Origin: Spirochaetia bacterium
GTDB lineage: Bacteria; Spirochaetota; Spirochaetia; DSM-16054; Sediminispirochaetaceae
Assembly: GCA_034520965.1 (NCBI GenBank)
Contig: JAXHMY010000001.1
Coordinates: 1-64,000, forward strand
Length of the DNA stretch: 64,000 bases
Reading direction: 5' to 3'
The position numbers were made by a program, and so were the translations under genes. Positions 50,469 to 58,927 of this stretch are shown piece after piece (position 1 is the first letter of the stretch; each line of letters opens with the position of its first letter). The notes beneath the pieces are model-generated. The model searched no databases and had not been told where the DNA came from. It saw only the letters and a program-made list of their open reading frames with translations.

Positions 50469-51876
50469 GGGAGTCCTCGCCTTCCTCCCTGATGGAGATG
50501 CCTCCGTCATGGAGGATGAAGGCGCGTCTCTCTTCGCAGTGTTTCATCCCCCTCGACTTGACAATCTCGATGAGAGCGGTTCGTTCAAGCCGCCGCTGCG
50601 CCTCTTGGAAAGAGTGATCCAGGTATCCATGAGGGAGGAAATGCCGATCTGAGTCTCCATGGGATCCTCGGAGCCGCTGTTGAGGTGTGTCATGAGGGTA
50701 GTAATGTGGCGCTCTTTCAAAAAATCCATGAATCGGGTCAGCATGGATTTTACTTCCCGAATCGAGCCGACGCTGATGAGATTCGTTATAGGGTCGATAA
50801 CCACCGCGGCAGGCTCGATTTTCTCCACCATCGATATCATCGCGTGGAGCTTGTGCTCCAAGCCGGTCATCGTCGGCCGCTTCGGCCTTGAGGCTGAGAA
50901 GACCTCTATCCAGCCACTCCTGGAGCTCGATTCCGATTGAAGCCATGTTGCGAAGAATCTGTTGGGGTGACTCCTCGAAGGCAAAGTAGAGGCAGCTCTC
51001 GCCGGCGGCACAGACCGAGGCGGCAAAGCAGGCGGCCATGCTCGTCTTCCCGCAACCGGCCTGCCCGGAAATCAACACAGTCGAATCCCTGTAGAAGCCG
51101 TTCTTCCCGCTGAGCATCTCATCGAGATCCGGGATTCCGCTGGACACCAGCTCTGAGGAGACCGAATAATCCAGCCCCAAGGAGGTGATCGGTATAATTG
51201 AGACACCCTCTTCACCGATCAGGAAGGGATATTCGTTGGTACCGTGGGCCGAACCGCGGTACTTTATGATGCGCAGTCTTCTGGTGCTCGACTGCTCCTC
51301 GATTCTGTGATCGATGGAAATGACACAGTCGGTAATGTACTCCTCCAGGCCCCATCTGGTGAGGCTGTGCTCTCCCGCCTCTCCGGTTATGACGGTCGTG
51401 ATCTCACGCTCCTTGAACCAGGTAAAGAGCCGACGCAGTTCGTGACGCATGAAGTTCTTGTCGGGAAAGGCCTGGAAGAGCGATTCGACGGTATCCAATA
51501 CCACCCGCCGCCCCTTCACCCTCGATAGGGCAGCCTCTATCCGCAAAAAGAGGGCATCGAGGGTAAACTCACCTGCCTGGGCCTGTCCGGCGGGACCTGC
51601 ATCGATGTATTCGATGTAGAGTTTTCCCTTCTGTACGAGTTCGGGGATCATCCCATGCAGCGAGGAGAAGTCCTGTATGATATCCTGCTCGCTCTGCTCG
51701 AATGAGAAGAGCAGTCCGGGCTCATCCAGCTCCAGCGCCCCCTGTATGAGGTATTCCATCGACAAGGTTGATTTCCCGCATCCCGGTCCGCCGCACACGA
51801 GGGTTGGTCGGCCATACGGCAGACCTCCTTTAGTGACCTCATCCAATCCCTCTATTCCCGTCCGTGACTTTTTCAT
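50461..51876 (-). CDS. kaiC: KaiC double-domain ATPase, one frameshift near 50880
   Basis: TGIEGLD..GGPGCGKS and SGIPDLD..GQAGCGKT; IIKYRGSAH; GISSLMDTW; VKSRGMKH. Confidence 0.92.
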   Translation of the reverse strand: MKKSRTGIEGLDEVTKGGLPYGRPTLVCGGPGCGKSTLSMEYLIQGALELDEPGLLFSFEQSEQDIIQDFSSLHGMIPELVQKGKLYIEYIDAGPAGQAQAGEFTLDALFLRIEAALSRVKGRRVVLDTVESLFQAFPDKNFMRHELRRLFTWFKEREITTVITGEAGEHSLTRWGLEEYITDCVISIDHRIEEQSSTRRLRIIKYRGSAHGTNEYPFLIGEEGVSIIPITSLGLDYSVSSELVSSGIPDLDEMLSGKNGFYRDSTVLISGQAGCGKTSMAACFAASVCAAGESCLYFAFEESPQQILRNMASIGIELQEWLDRGLLSLKAEAADDDRLGAQAPRDDIDGGENRACRGGYRPYNESHQRRLDSGSKIHADPIHGFFERAPHYYPHDTPQQRLRGSHGDSDRHFLPHGYLDHSFQEAQRRLERTALIEIVKSRGMKHCEERRAFILHDGGISIREEGEDSHA

Positions 51877-51978
51877 TTTGACCTCTTACTTTTAAATATA
51901 GGTTTTTGCCAATCTTTTTTCTATTATTTCTGCTGTTTTTCGCTATTTTTTTCGGTAGTACATTTACTTCAGGCGCTT

Positions 51979-52452
51979 TCAAAATGATAATTTTGAAAGA
52001 ACCTTACGATGACGGTTAATGAATGTCTCGAAAAAGTAGAAGAGACCATCGCCGCGCCCCCCCCCGAAATAGTTCTTGAAGAAATCCGAGAACGCCTCGC
52101 CACCGTAGATATTCTGCCAGTCCCCGCCGGTTCCACTGTAGTAGTAACTCTGTTCTCCCCTTCGGGAAGCTCCACCGTCGGCGTACTTGGACCTGTCAAA
52201 ACCCTGTGGTCCATCGGTATCCTGGTATCGCTGCCAGTTGGAACCGAGTTCATCATATTTCTTCCGATTCTCATCGTCGGACAACACCTCGTGAGCTTCG
52301 CTGATTTCCGCAAATTTCAGGGTCGTTTCTTTGTCGTTTGGTTTCACATCGGGGTGGTATTTGCGCGCCAGTTTCCTGTAAGCCTTTTTTATCTCGTCCT
52401 TCGATGCTTTTTTATCGTCTCCGAGTATCTGGTAGTAGTCTTTGTATTCCAT
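51979..52452 (-). pseudogene. DnaJ/CbpA J-domain protein, C-terminally truncated
   Basis: [30 protein letters not shown], then ends without a C-terminal domain. Confidence 0.8.
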
Positions 52453-52574
52453 CGTACGCAAAAATCCTCGTCTAAAGTTACGCAGGAGGCAGGCTATCCG
52501 TCAATCTACGCGCTGTCCTGGATCAGACAACCTCCTCAATTCCCAAGTGATTATTGCGAATATTATCATGTACT

Positions 52575-52715
52575 CAGCAATTCTAAATTTGGAAGTCTTC
52601 CGACTTCCAAATTTAGAATTTGCTTCATTTTCTTAGCAAAAATTGGTAGATCAATACAGTTGGAGGCATTCTCAGTTTGGATAGTGCATTGCACTATCCA
52701 AACTGAGAATTGCTG
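52575..52715. mobile_element. 141-bp MITE-like element with 9-bp target duplication
   Basis: TIRs CAGCAATTCT(A/C)A(A/G)TTTGGA; flanking direct repeat TCATGTACT at 52566-52574 and 52716-52724. Confidence 0.8.
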
Positions 52716-52769
52716 TCATGTACTGTCAATAGTTGACACGTCTGAGTATGGCGAGTTACACTTATAACA

Positions 52770-52876
52770 GATACGTACAAATATCTTTTCGTGTCGAGGT
52801 CGAGCATCGCCTGAGCAGTCTCCAGATCATAGTCGGAGAGTTCAAGCCAATACTGTTTCAATTCCTGAACATCCAT
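52770..52876 (-). pseudogene. Truncated duplicate of the HEPN toxin 5' end
   Basis: Near-identical to 32890-32987, including the upstream promoter repeat. Confidence 0.85.
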
Positions 52877-52962
52877 ACACCAACATTATAACAGCGGACT
52901 GGGTCGTTTGTCTCGATTGAAAGCCTGATTGCCACTCACAATAGCAAATACTCGTCCTTCCC

Positions 52963-53140
52963 AGTTACACCAAAGTTACCACACTTTGACATGAAGCATA
53001 TGATTAATCTGAATACAGCCCCTCCTTAAAGGTCGAAACTATTGCGATACAAGACTAATATGTCCGAATAGATGAAAAGGCGGCCTGAAGCGAAGTCGAC
53101 ACGATGTCTACGAGCGAGAGGCGAATCCTCCTAGACGTAC
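52963..53140 (+). repeat. att-like unit E (tRNA part partly replaced)
   Basis: AGTTACACCAAAGTTACCACACTTTGACATGAAG..GACTAATATGTCC..GGCGGCCT..CGAATCCTCCTAGACGTA. Confidence 0.8.
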
Positions 53141-53465
53141 AAATTATGCTGTATAATGAAGCACTTCTACTTCAACCTTTCTCTTTACCGCCTCTTAAAA
53201 TCATCTTCCCAGATCAGAGAGGATCGGGCTCATATAATGGTCCTTCATTTGAGCTGGCGCAGCAGCTACTACCAGGAACTCGATTACGGCTTCTGGCGCA
53301 CAGATGTGTATCAGGGGCTACATCGACAGGAGCGATAGGAAGAACGGGGAACCGCTTTTTTTATCCAGTTAGATTTTCCCTCAGGAAGCCTGCTTTTTAT
53401 CCACCATCCTGCCGGTCACATATAGCCACATGGGAAAAACTAAAAAAAATAAGTTTACCTACTTG

Positions 53466-53489
53466 AATATTATCATATTTGATAATATT
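53466..53489. promoter_or_regulatory. Palindromic operator upstream of the HTH regulator
   Basis: AATATTATCA-tatt-TGATAATATT perfect inverted repeat. Confidence 0.7.
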
Positions 53490-53501
53490 ATCTAAATAGA
53501 T

Positions 53502-54092
53502 ATGAAACAGAAGATGAATGTACAAAAACGTGCGAAGCTTGTGATCCACCCGGTGAGACTTCGCATCATCACCCTTCTTACCGGCAGGGAGCTGACCAGC
53601 CTGGAGCTGGCAGAGCGGCTTCCAGAGGTAGCCCAGGCAACCCTCTACCGGCACATCAAACAGCTGGAAGAGGGAGGCATCATCCGGATCACCGAAACCC
53701 ACCAGGTGAGGGGAACGGTGGAGAAGGTCTACACCGCAGGAGCCGGTGAGAAGAGCCATTTTTCAGCCAAGGAGATCCGGCAGCTTTCCACAGAGGAGCA
53801 CACCGCCCTCTTTGCCTCCTTTATTGCCGGACTCTATGAGCAATTTCTCTCCCTTACCGGAAAGGCGGAAGCCAGGCCGGAACTGTTTGAGATGATGGGT
53901 TACGGGAACATACCTGTTCGGATGCGTCCTGCGGACCTGCACCAATTTCAGCAGGAGTTTGGCGAACTGCTGCAACGATATATGGAAAAAGCGACGGATG
54001 AACCTGCGGGTTCAAAAGATTCATCAAAGGCCGTTGATTTTACATTTACCACAATACTATTTCCGGAGGCAGACCATGACTCTCAATCTTAA
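53502..54092 (+). CDS. ArsR-like winged-HTH regulator
   Basis: HPVRLRII..ELAERLPEVAQATLYRHIKQLEEGG..RGTVEKVY. Confidence 0.88.
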   Translation: MKQKMNVQKRAKLVIHPVRLRIITLLTGRELTSLELAERLPEVAQATLYRHIKQLEEGGIIRITETHQVRGTVEKVYTAGAGEKSHFSAKEIRQLSTEEHTALFASFIAGLYEQFLSLTGKAEARPELFEMMGYGNIPVRMRPADLHQFQQEFGELLQRYMEKATDEPAGSKDSSKAVDFTFTTILFPEADHDSQS

Positions 54093-54825
54093 TCTTTCTC
54101 ACTTTTTCCTGCTCCTTTTCATGGGATCAATTGGTGCGGTGGCCATCATGCCCTATGCGATGGCGATGCAGAGCACCGTGGAGTTTACTCCCGCCTTGAT
54201 TCTTATCTCGATTCTGCAGGGGATAATTCTCTCGGCAATCGCCATCTTTGTCGGTATGCTCGCTTCCCGCTCCCTGGGCCTTAGCATCTGGTCAGAACCG
54301 AATCGCTTTCCTGCAGCCATCCTTCTCGGTGTCTGTGCGGGAGTGCTGGTGCTGCTGCTGGAACTCTTTATCTTTCTTCCCAATCTTCCGGAGGCCCTTA
54401 CTGCTGTGGGGAGAACGGGACATATCGCTCCATGGAAGGGTCTGCTGGCTGGGTTCTACGGCGGAATCAACGAAGAGCTGATGATGCGATTCTTCATGCT
54501 CTCGGGACTCCTCTGGATTGTCACCCGGTTCTGGCACAGCCCGGAGGGAGGTGCGGTGACCGCCGCATTCTGGATCATCAATATTTTTATCGGGACCGTC
54601 TTTGGACTGGGGCACCTGCCGGCAATAAAGGCTGTAACGGATGTTACCCCCTTCCTCATAATCCGATCCATAGTCTTGAACCTGGGCCCGGGAGTGGTTT
54701 TCGGTTGGATTTTCTGGAAGTGGGGACTCAGTGCCGCCATGGTAAGCCACTTTTCGGCGGACATGGTGCTGCATGTGATCAATCCCTGGCTTACCAGGGT
54801 GCTTGGTCTGGGGGGTGGTGCTTAA
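54076..54825 (+). CDS. CPBP (CAAX/Abi) intramembrane metalloprotease
   Basis: EELMMR, FGLGH, AMVSHFSAD motifs; multiple TM segments. Confidence 0.88.
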   Translation: MTLNLNLSHFFLLLFMGSIGAVAIMPYAMAMQSTVEFTPALILISILQGIILSAIAIFVGMLASRSLGLSIWSEPNRFPAAILLGVCAGVLVLLLELFIFLPNLPEALTAVGRTGHIAPWKGLLAGFYGGINEELMMRFFMLSGLLWIVTRFWHSPEGGAVTAAFWIINIFIGTVFGLGHLPAIKAVTDVTPFLIIRSIVLNLGPGVVFGWIFWKWGLSAAMVSHFSADMVLHVINPWLTRVLGLGGGA

Positions 54826-54933
54826 TATTCCCAGGGAGATGGATACAGTCCCTTCGAGCAGGATGAAAAGATTCTGCTCAAAGGGACTCGTGAATCAAGC
54901 AGGAAATCAAGGATTTTCAATTTCCGAATGCCT

Positions 54934-55345
54934 TTAACGCCAAAACTTTCCAGTATCATAACATCGCCAATACTGTTTCGTGCGACCACATCTTTCAAAA
55001 AAACCGTGTGGTATACTCGTATTGCCGATTGAACGGTTTTGTTGAAAGTAGAAGAAGGATACACCGTAGCAGATAACTGCACAGGCTAATGCATAGTAAA
55101 GAATTGGTTCCGGGATGAGTATGGGAATATTCTCTGAAGCTCCGGTAAAGTACATCACAATTCGAATAACAGCCGTAGCAACAGACATTACCAATACACC
55201 CAGGAACATAATAAAGCTATAGTTCCCGTCTAACAGTATCGCTTCGGAATTTGAATAATAATGAGTAAACCAGGCAATTACTGCCATAAAGATATTAGCC
55301 GCAGCTCCAATTAATAAAGCGCGATTTTCCCTGTTATTTCACATG
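54934..55345 (-). pseudogene. Cation-efflux (CDF)-like membrane protein remnant
   Basis: SNSEAILLDGNYS TM1-2 pattern; too short and internally deleted. Confidence 0.55.
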
Positions 55346-55487
55346 TATGATCTCTCCTGTTAAGATGGCAAGTCGAACTATTCTGCTGCAGATTAGTCTA
55401 ACCGGCCTGATTTTTTAGAAACTTTTTAGTTTTGGTATTATTGCTTACCATCCTGATCTCCTTATTTTAACAGCCGACCCTGCCGGA

Positions 55488-56252
55488 TCAAAACCGCATC
55501 TCCGCCAGCCAGGAAGTCAGCTCTTCCTCGCGGTTCTTGAGCTTGTCGCTGGCTTCATTGTATTCCCCGGGCAGATATTCCCCCGCAATCCTGCCGTCCA
55601 GGATAAAGAGCACCCGCCCTGCTCTTGCGGCCACTTTGACATCGTGGGTCACCAGCAGGATGGTTACGCCGCTACGGTGGATCTGGGCCAGGAGGTCCAT
55701 AATCTCGTTGGCGGAGGTGGAGTTCAATGCGCCCGTCGGCTCGTCGCCGAAGATGATGTTCGGGTCGCCCATCAGGGCCCGGCAGATGCCCACCCGCTGG
55801 AGCTGCCCGCCCGAGGCCTGGATGATGGAACGCTCCTCCAGCCCGGCGATGCCGGTTTTTTCCATCAGCGTCCTGGCTTTGGCGACCAGCTGAGCGCCAT
55901 TCTTGCGGCCGTCGCGCATGGAGGGCAAAATGATGTTGTCGAGAATATTCAGGTTTTTGAGCAGCGTCGGCTGCTGGAATACAAAGCCCATATTCCTGCG
56001 GCGCAGGTCGGCCAGTTGATTTTCTTTTAGCACCGACAAATCGGTGCCGTCAAAGGTGACGGTTCCGCTGTCGATGCTGTCCATGCCGCTCAAGGCATAC
56101 AGCAGCGTTGATTTCCCCGAACCCGAAGGACCCATCACAGCGACAAATTCGCCCTGGTGAATCTCTACCGAGATACTGTCGAGGACTTTCTGCTTTTCCG
56201 CGGCCAGACCGAAAGACTTGGTAATTTTTTTGCTGCTAATGAGCTCTTGCAT
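55488..56252 (-). CDS. ABC transporter ATP-binding protein (LolD/MacB-like)
   Basis: GPSGSGKST, SGGQLQR, DEPTGALN, VTHD. Confidence 0.95.
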   Translation of the reverse strand: MQELISSKKITKSFGLAAEKQKVLDSISVEIHQGEFVAVMGPSGSGKSTLLYALSGMDSIDSGTVTFDGTDLSVLKENQLADLRRRNMGFVFQQPTLLKNLNILDNIILPSMRDGRKNGAQLVAKARTLMEKTGIAGLEERSIIQASGGQLQRVGICRALMGDPNIIFGDEPTGALNSTSANEIMDLLAQIHRSGVTILLVTHDVKVAARAGRVLFILDGRIAGEYLPGEYNEASDKLKNREEELTSWLAEMRF

Positions 56253-56255
56253 CCT

Positions 56256-58574
56256 TTACTCCTTGATATTGTCAGAAATGGTAATGTACCCCGCATCCAG
56301 GGTCCCGAAGATTGTTGCGGCCAGGGCCGCCCCTGCCATCAGCAGCGGGCTGAGCAGGCAGGCAAAGCCCGAGTTGACGATGAATGTAAAGGAGGCCGCC
56401 CCAAAGGAGCCAATCACCATCCCCGCAAGGACCTCACCTATAGTATTAGCCAGCACCGTGCCAAGCAGGATGCCAATGATCAGAACGAAAACCGAACGAG
56501 CCACATACTGCGCCTTGATGTCCCTGTTCGTAAAACCGAAGGCCTTCATCACCGCAATCGCATATCTGTCTTTGGCGACCAGCATACGCATGAACAACAG
56601 GGTGATCAGTGCGGTAAGGATCAGCGCAACGGCAACGGCCGCAGAAGCTGCCTTTCCGATGGCGTCGATGGTCCCGCCAAAGGTCTGGCGGACAAATTCA
56701 TCAATGTCCGAGACCTTGGCAAAAGCGAACCTGCCCGAATACCTGGCAGTTGTTTCAACCACCTGCGCCGGATCTGCAAGCCCGGCGGTGATAATGCTCC
56801 ACATGATATCTGCCGAGTCGCCTGCGAACACTGCTTTGGCGGATTTGCCGCCGTGGGTCACATCGGAATAGGTGCCGCAGACCGTGAGCATTCTCTTACG
56901 CCCATCAATAATCAGGGTGATGACATCCCCCACCCTTGTGTCCATTTCCCTGGCGTTCATCATCGAAAGGGCGATTTCGCTCTCCGCCGCTGGGGCACGT
57001 CCCTTAATATAGGTTAGGGGAAAGACCGAATGGTCGCCCAGTTCAACCTTGAGATTTTCCTCCGAGCCGTCAGCCAGTTGCAGGCGGAACGTTTTTGTGG
57101 TCAGCACGACAAACCTGGAGATGGAAGCATCATCCGCCATCGCCGCGGCTATCTCCGCTGTTTTTTCGGCAATGCGGTCGGTCTGCTGGATGTCAACTCG
57201 CAGGTCGCTCTTCCCGACACCCATGTAGGTGATGAAGCTTTTTGAGGCGATGGTGTTGTGCAAATTCTGCGGGACGATGATGATGAACGTAGCCAGCGTC
57301 AGCACCGCCAGCATGGTGGCGTACAGACTTTTTCGTGCAAGCACATCTTTGACGCCAAGGAAGACATTCGTGCCGAGCAGTCTGTTCACACTCAGGCGAA
57401 AGCGCCGCCCCCCTCCCGATTTTTCCTGTGAAATCCCGAACCGGACTGCTTCCGCCGGAGATATTTTGCGAAACCGTCCCAGTACACCGTTCACATAGAA
57501 GCTGATTGTCAGAAACACCAGCAAGACGCTGATAATCCCCAACAGCGGAGCCAGGGCGGTGTTGGAGCTTTCGCCCATGTAGAGCCGTATATTGGCAAGC
57601 AGGGCGTCCCGGAAAAGAAAAGATAGCCCATAGCCCAGCAGGCTGCCCACCGCTGCGATGGCAACATATCTGGTCAAATAGATTTTTTTGATGTCCGAAA
57701 CGCGAAGGCCGATGGCTTTCATTACGCCGATTTCACGGTAGTCGTCTTCAATTTTTGCCAGCAGGGTGAAGCGGATACACAGGAAGGCAATGGCAAGCAC
57801 CAGGGCGCTGACCAGGAGAATAACCGCTATCATCAGCCCGTCGGAGATGGCATTCATCATTCTGAACAGCGGATAGGTGATGGTCGGACCGTTGGCTTCG
57901 AGCCCCGCGGCGCTGTAGGCTGTCCCGAAGGCACTCAGCCTGTCCAGGTCATGCAGCCGGAACTGGATCAGGTATTCCACCCTGCCGGACTGCCTGAGGG
58001 CGGCAAAGTCCTTGTGACTGACCAGAAAGCGCTTGGAGGAGGCGAGCATGGGCTGCATCTGCGAATCCCGGAGAGGTCCTGCAATGGTGAGGATCTTCCC
58101 TGCTACCGTCACGGTGTCGCCGACTCCGGCGGTGCCATCCTGCAAGTAGACGATGGGAAGATAGATTTCCCCATCTGCGACCGTGATACGGTTACCATCG
58201 AGGTCCATCAGGAAATCGAATTTTTCACTCTGAACCACCAGCCCGTTATCCTGGATACTGCCTGCCAGGGAGCCGTCGGCAAATTCAAACTGCGCGCCCT
58301 CCACGTTGAGAAATTCAATCACCTGGAAATCGGCCACATCCTCATTGTGGTCTGCAAAAGCCGCCAGCCGCACCAGGTCCACTTCGCCGGCGTGCATCTG
58401 CATGAAATGGGGCGTTTTTCCCTGGGTCATCATGGTATCAATCGCACCCCCCAGGTTGACCACCAGGATGGCCGCCAGGGCAACCAGCATGGCTGCCGCG
58501 GCAACAAACATCATCGTTACCAGGGTAATCGCCTTGCTCTTCAAAATATCGTTACGGAGCAGTCGATAATACAT
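56256..58574 (-). CDS. FtsX-like ABC permease
   Basis: Duplicated FtsX-type halves with REIGVMKAIG / IAVMKAFG. Confidence 0.9.
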   Translation of the reverse strand: MYYRLLRNDILKSKAITLVTMMFVAAAAMLVALAAILVVNLGGAIDTMMTQGKTPHFMQMHAGEVDLVRLAAFADHNEDVADFQVIEFLNVEGAQFEFADGSLAGSIQDNGLVVQSEKFDFLMDLDGNRITVADGEIYLPIVYLQDGTAGVGDTVTVAGKILTIAGPLRDSQMQPMLASSKRFLVSHKDFAALRQSGRVEYLIQFRLHDLDRLSAFGTAYSAAGLEANGPTITYPLFRMMNAISDGLMIAVILLVSALVLAIAFLCIRFTLLAKIEDDYREIGVMKAIGLRVSDIKKIYLTRYVAIAAVGSLLGYGLSFLFRDALLANIRLYMGESSNTALAPLLGIISVLLVFLTISFYVNGVLGRFRKISPAEAVRFGISQEKSGGGRRFRLSVNRLLGTNVFLGVKDVLARKSLYATMLAVLTLATFIIIVPQNLHNTIASKSFITYMGVGKSDLRVDIQQTDRIAEKTAEIAAAMADDASISRFVVLTTKTFRLQLADGSEENLKVELGDHSVFPLTYIKGRAPAAESEIALSMMNAREMDTRVGDVITLIIDGRKRMLTVCGTYSDVTHGGKSAKAVFAGDSADIMWSIITAGLADPAQVVETTARYSGRFAFAKVSDIDEFVRQTFGGTIDAIGKAASAAVAVALILTALITLLFMRMLVAKDRYAIAVMKAFGFTNRDIKAQYVARSVFVLIIGILLGTVLANTIGEVLAGMVIGSFGAASFTFIVNSGFACLLSPLLMAGAALAATIFGTLDAGYITISDNIKE

Positions 58575-58577
58575 GGC

Positions 58578-58817
58578 TCACTCCCCGGTATCCGGTTCAG
58601 GATCTATCTGCTGGAACAGCGTCAGTTGCAGTCCCAGATCGCATATCCGTCTGAGAATGCCGTCCGATGCGGCCTGGTCAAGAATGGAGCCGCGCAGTAT
58701 GGTTTGGCCATCGGGGCTGTATTCTACATTAAAATCTTCAAACCAGATCAATGCATTCTGACCCAGGTGACCTTTTACACGGATTTCGTAATATTTGCCG
58801 GTTTCTTGTGTTTTCAT
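58578..58817 (-). CDS. Small conserved hypothetical protein
   Basis: YEIRVKGHL..TILRGSILDQAA.DGILRRICDLGL, a type often found beside MalT-like regulators. Confidence 0.75.
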   Translation of the reverse strand: MKTQETGKYYEIRVKGHLGQNALIWFEDFNVEYSPDGQTILRGSILDQAASDGILRRICDLGLQLTLFQQIDPEPDTGE

Positions 58818-58927
58818 GGCATGAGTCTATGCCATGGGCAGTCATTATAGAAACACACCTTGGTGGGATTTTTAGAAAACATGGGGTAACACTTTAGTGT
58901 CAGGCGGCTTTGCGGGGTGCCGGGGAA

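Noticed and set aside
53104..53466. ORFs spanning att unit E
   Set aside because: They run across repeat and gene-tail fragments and have no coherent protein signal.
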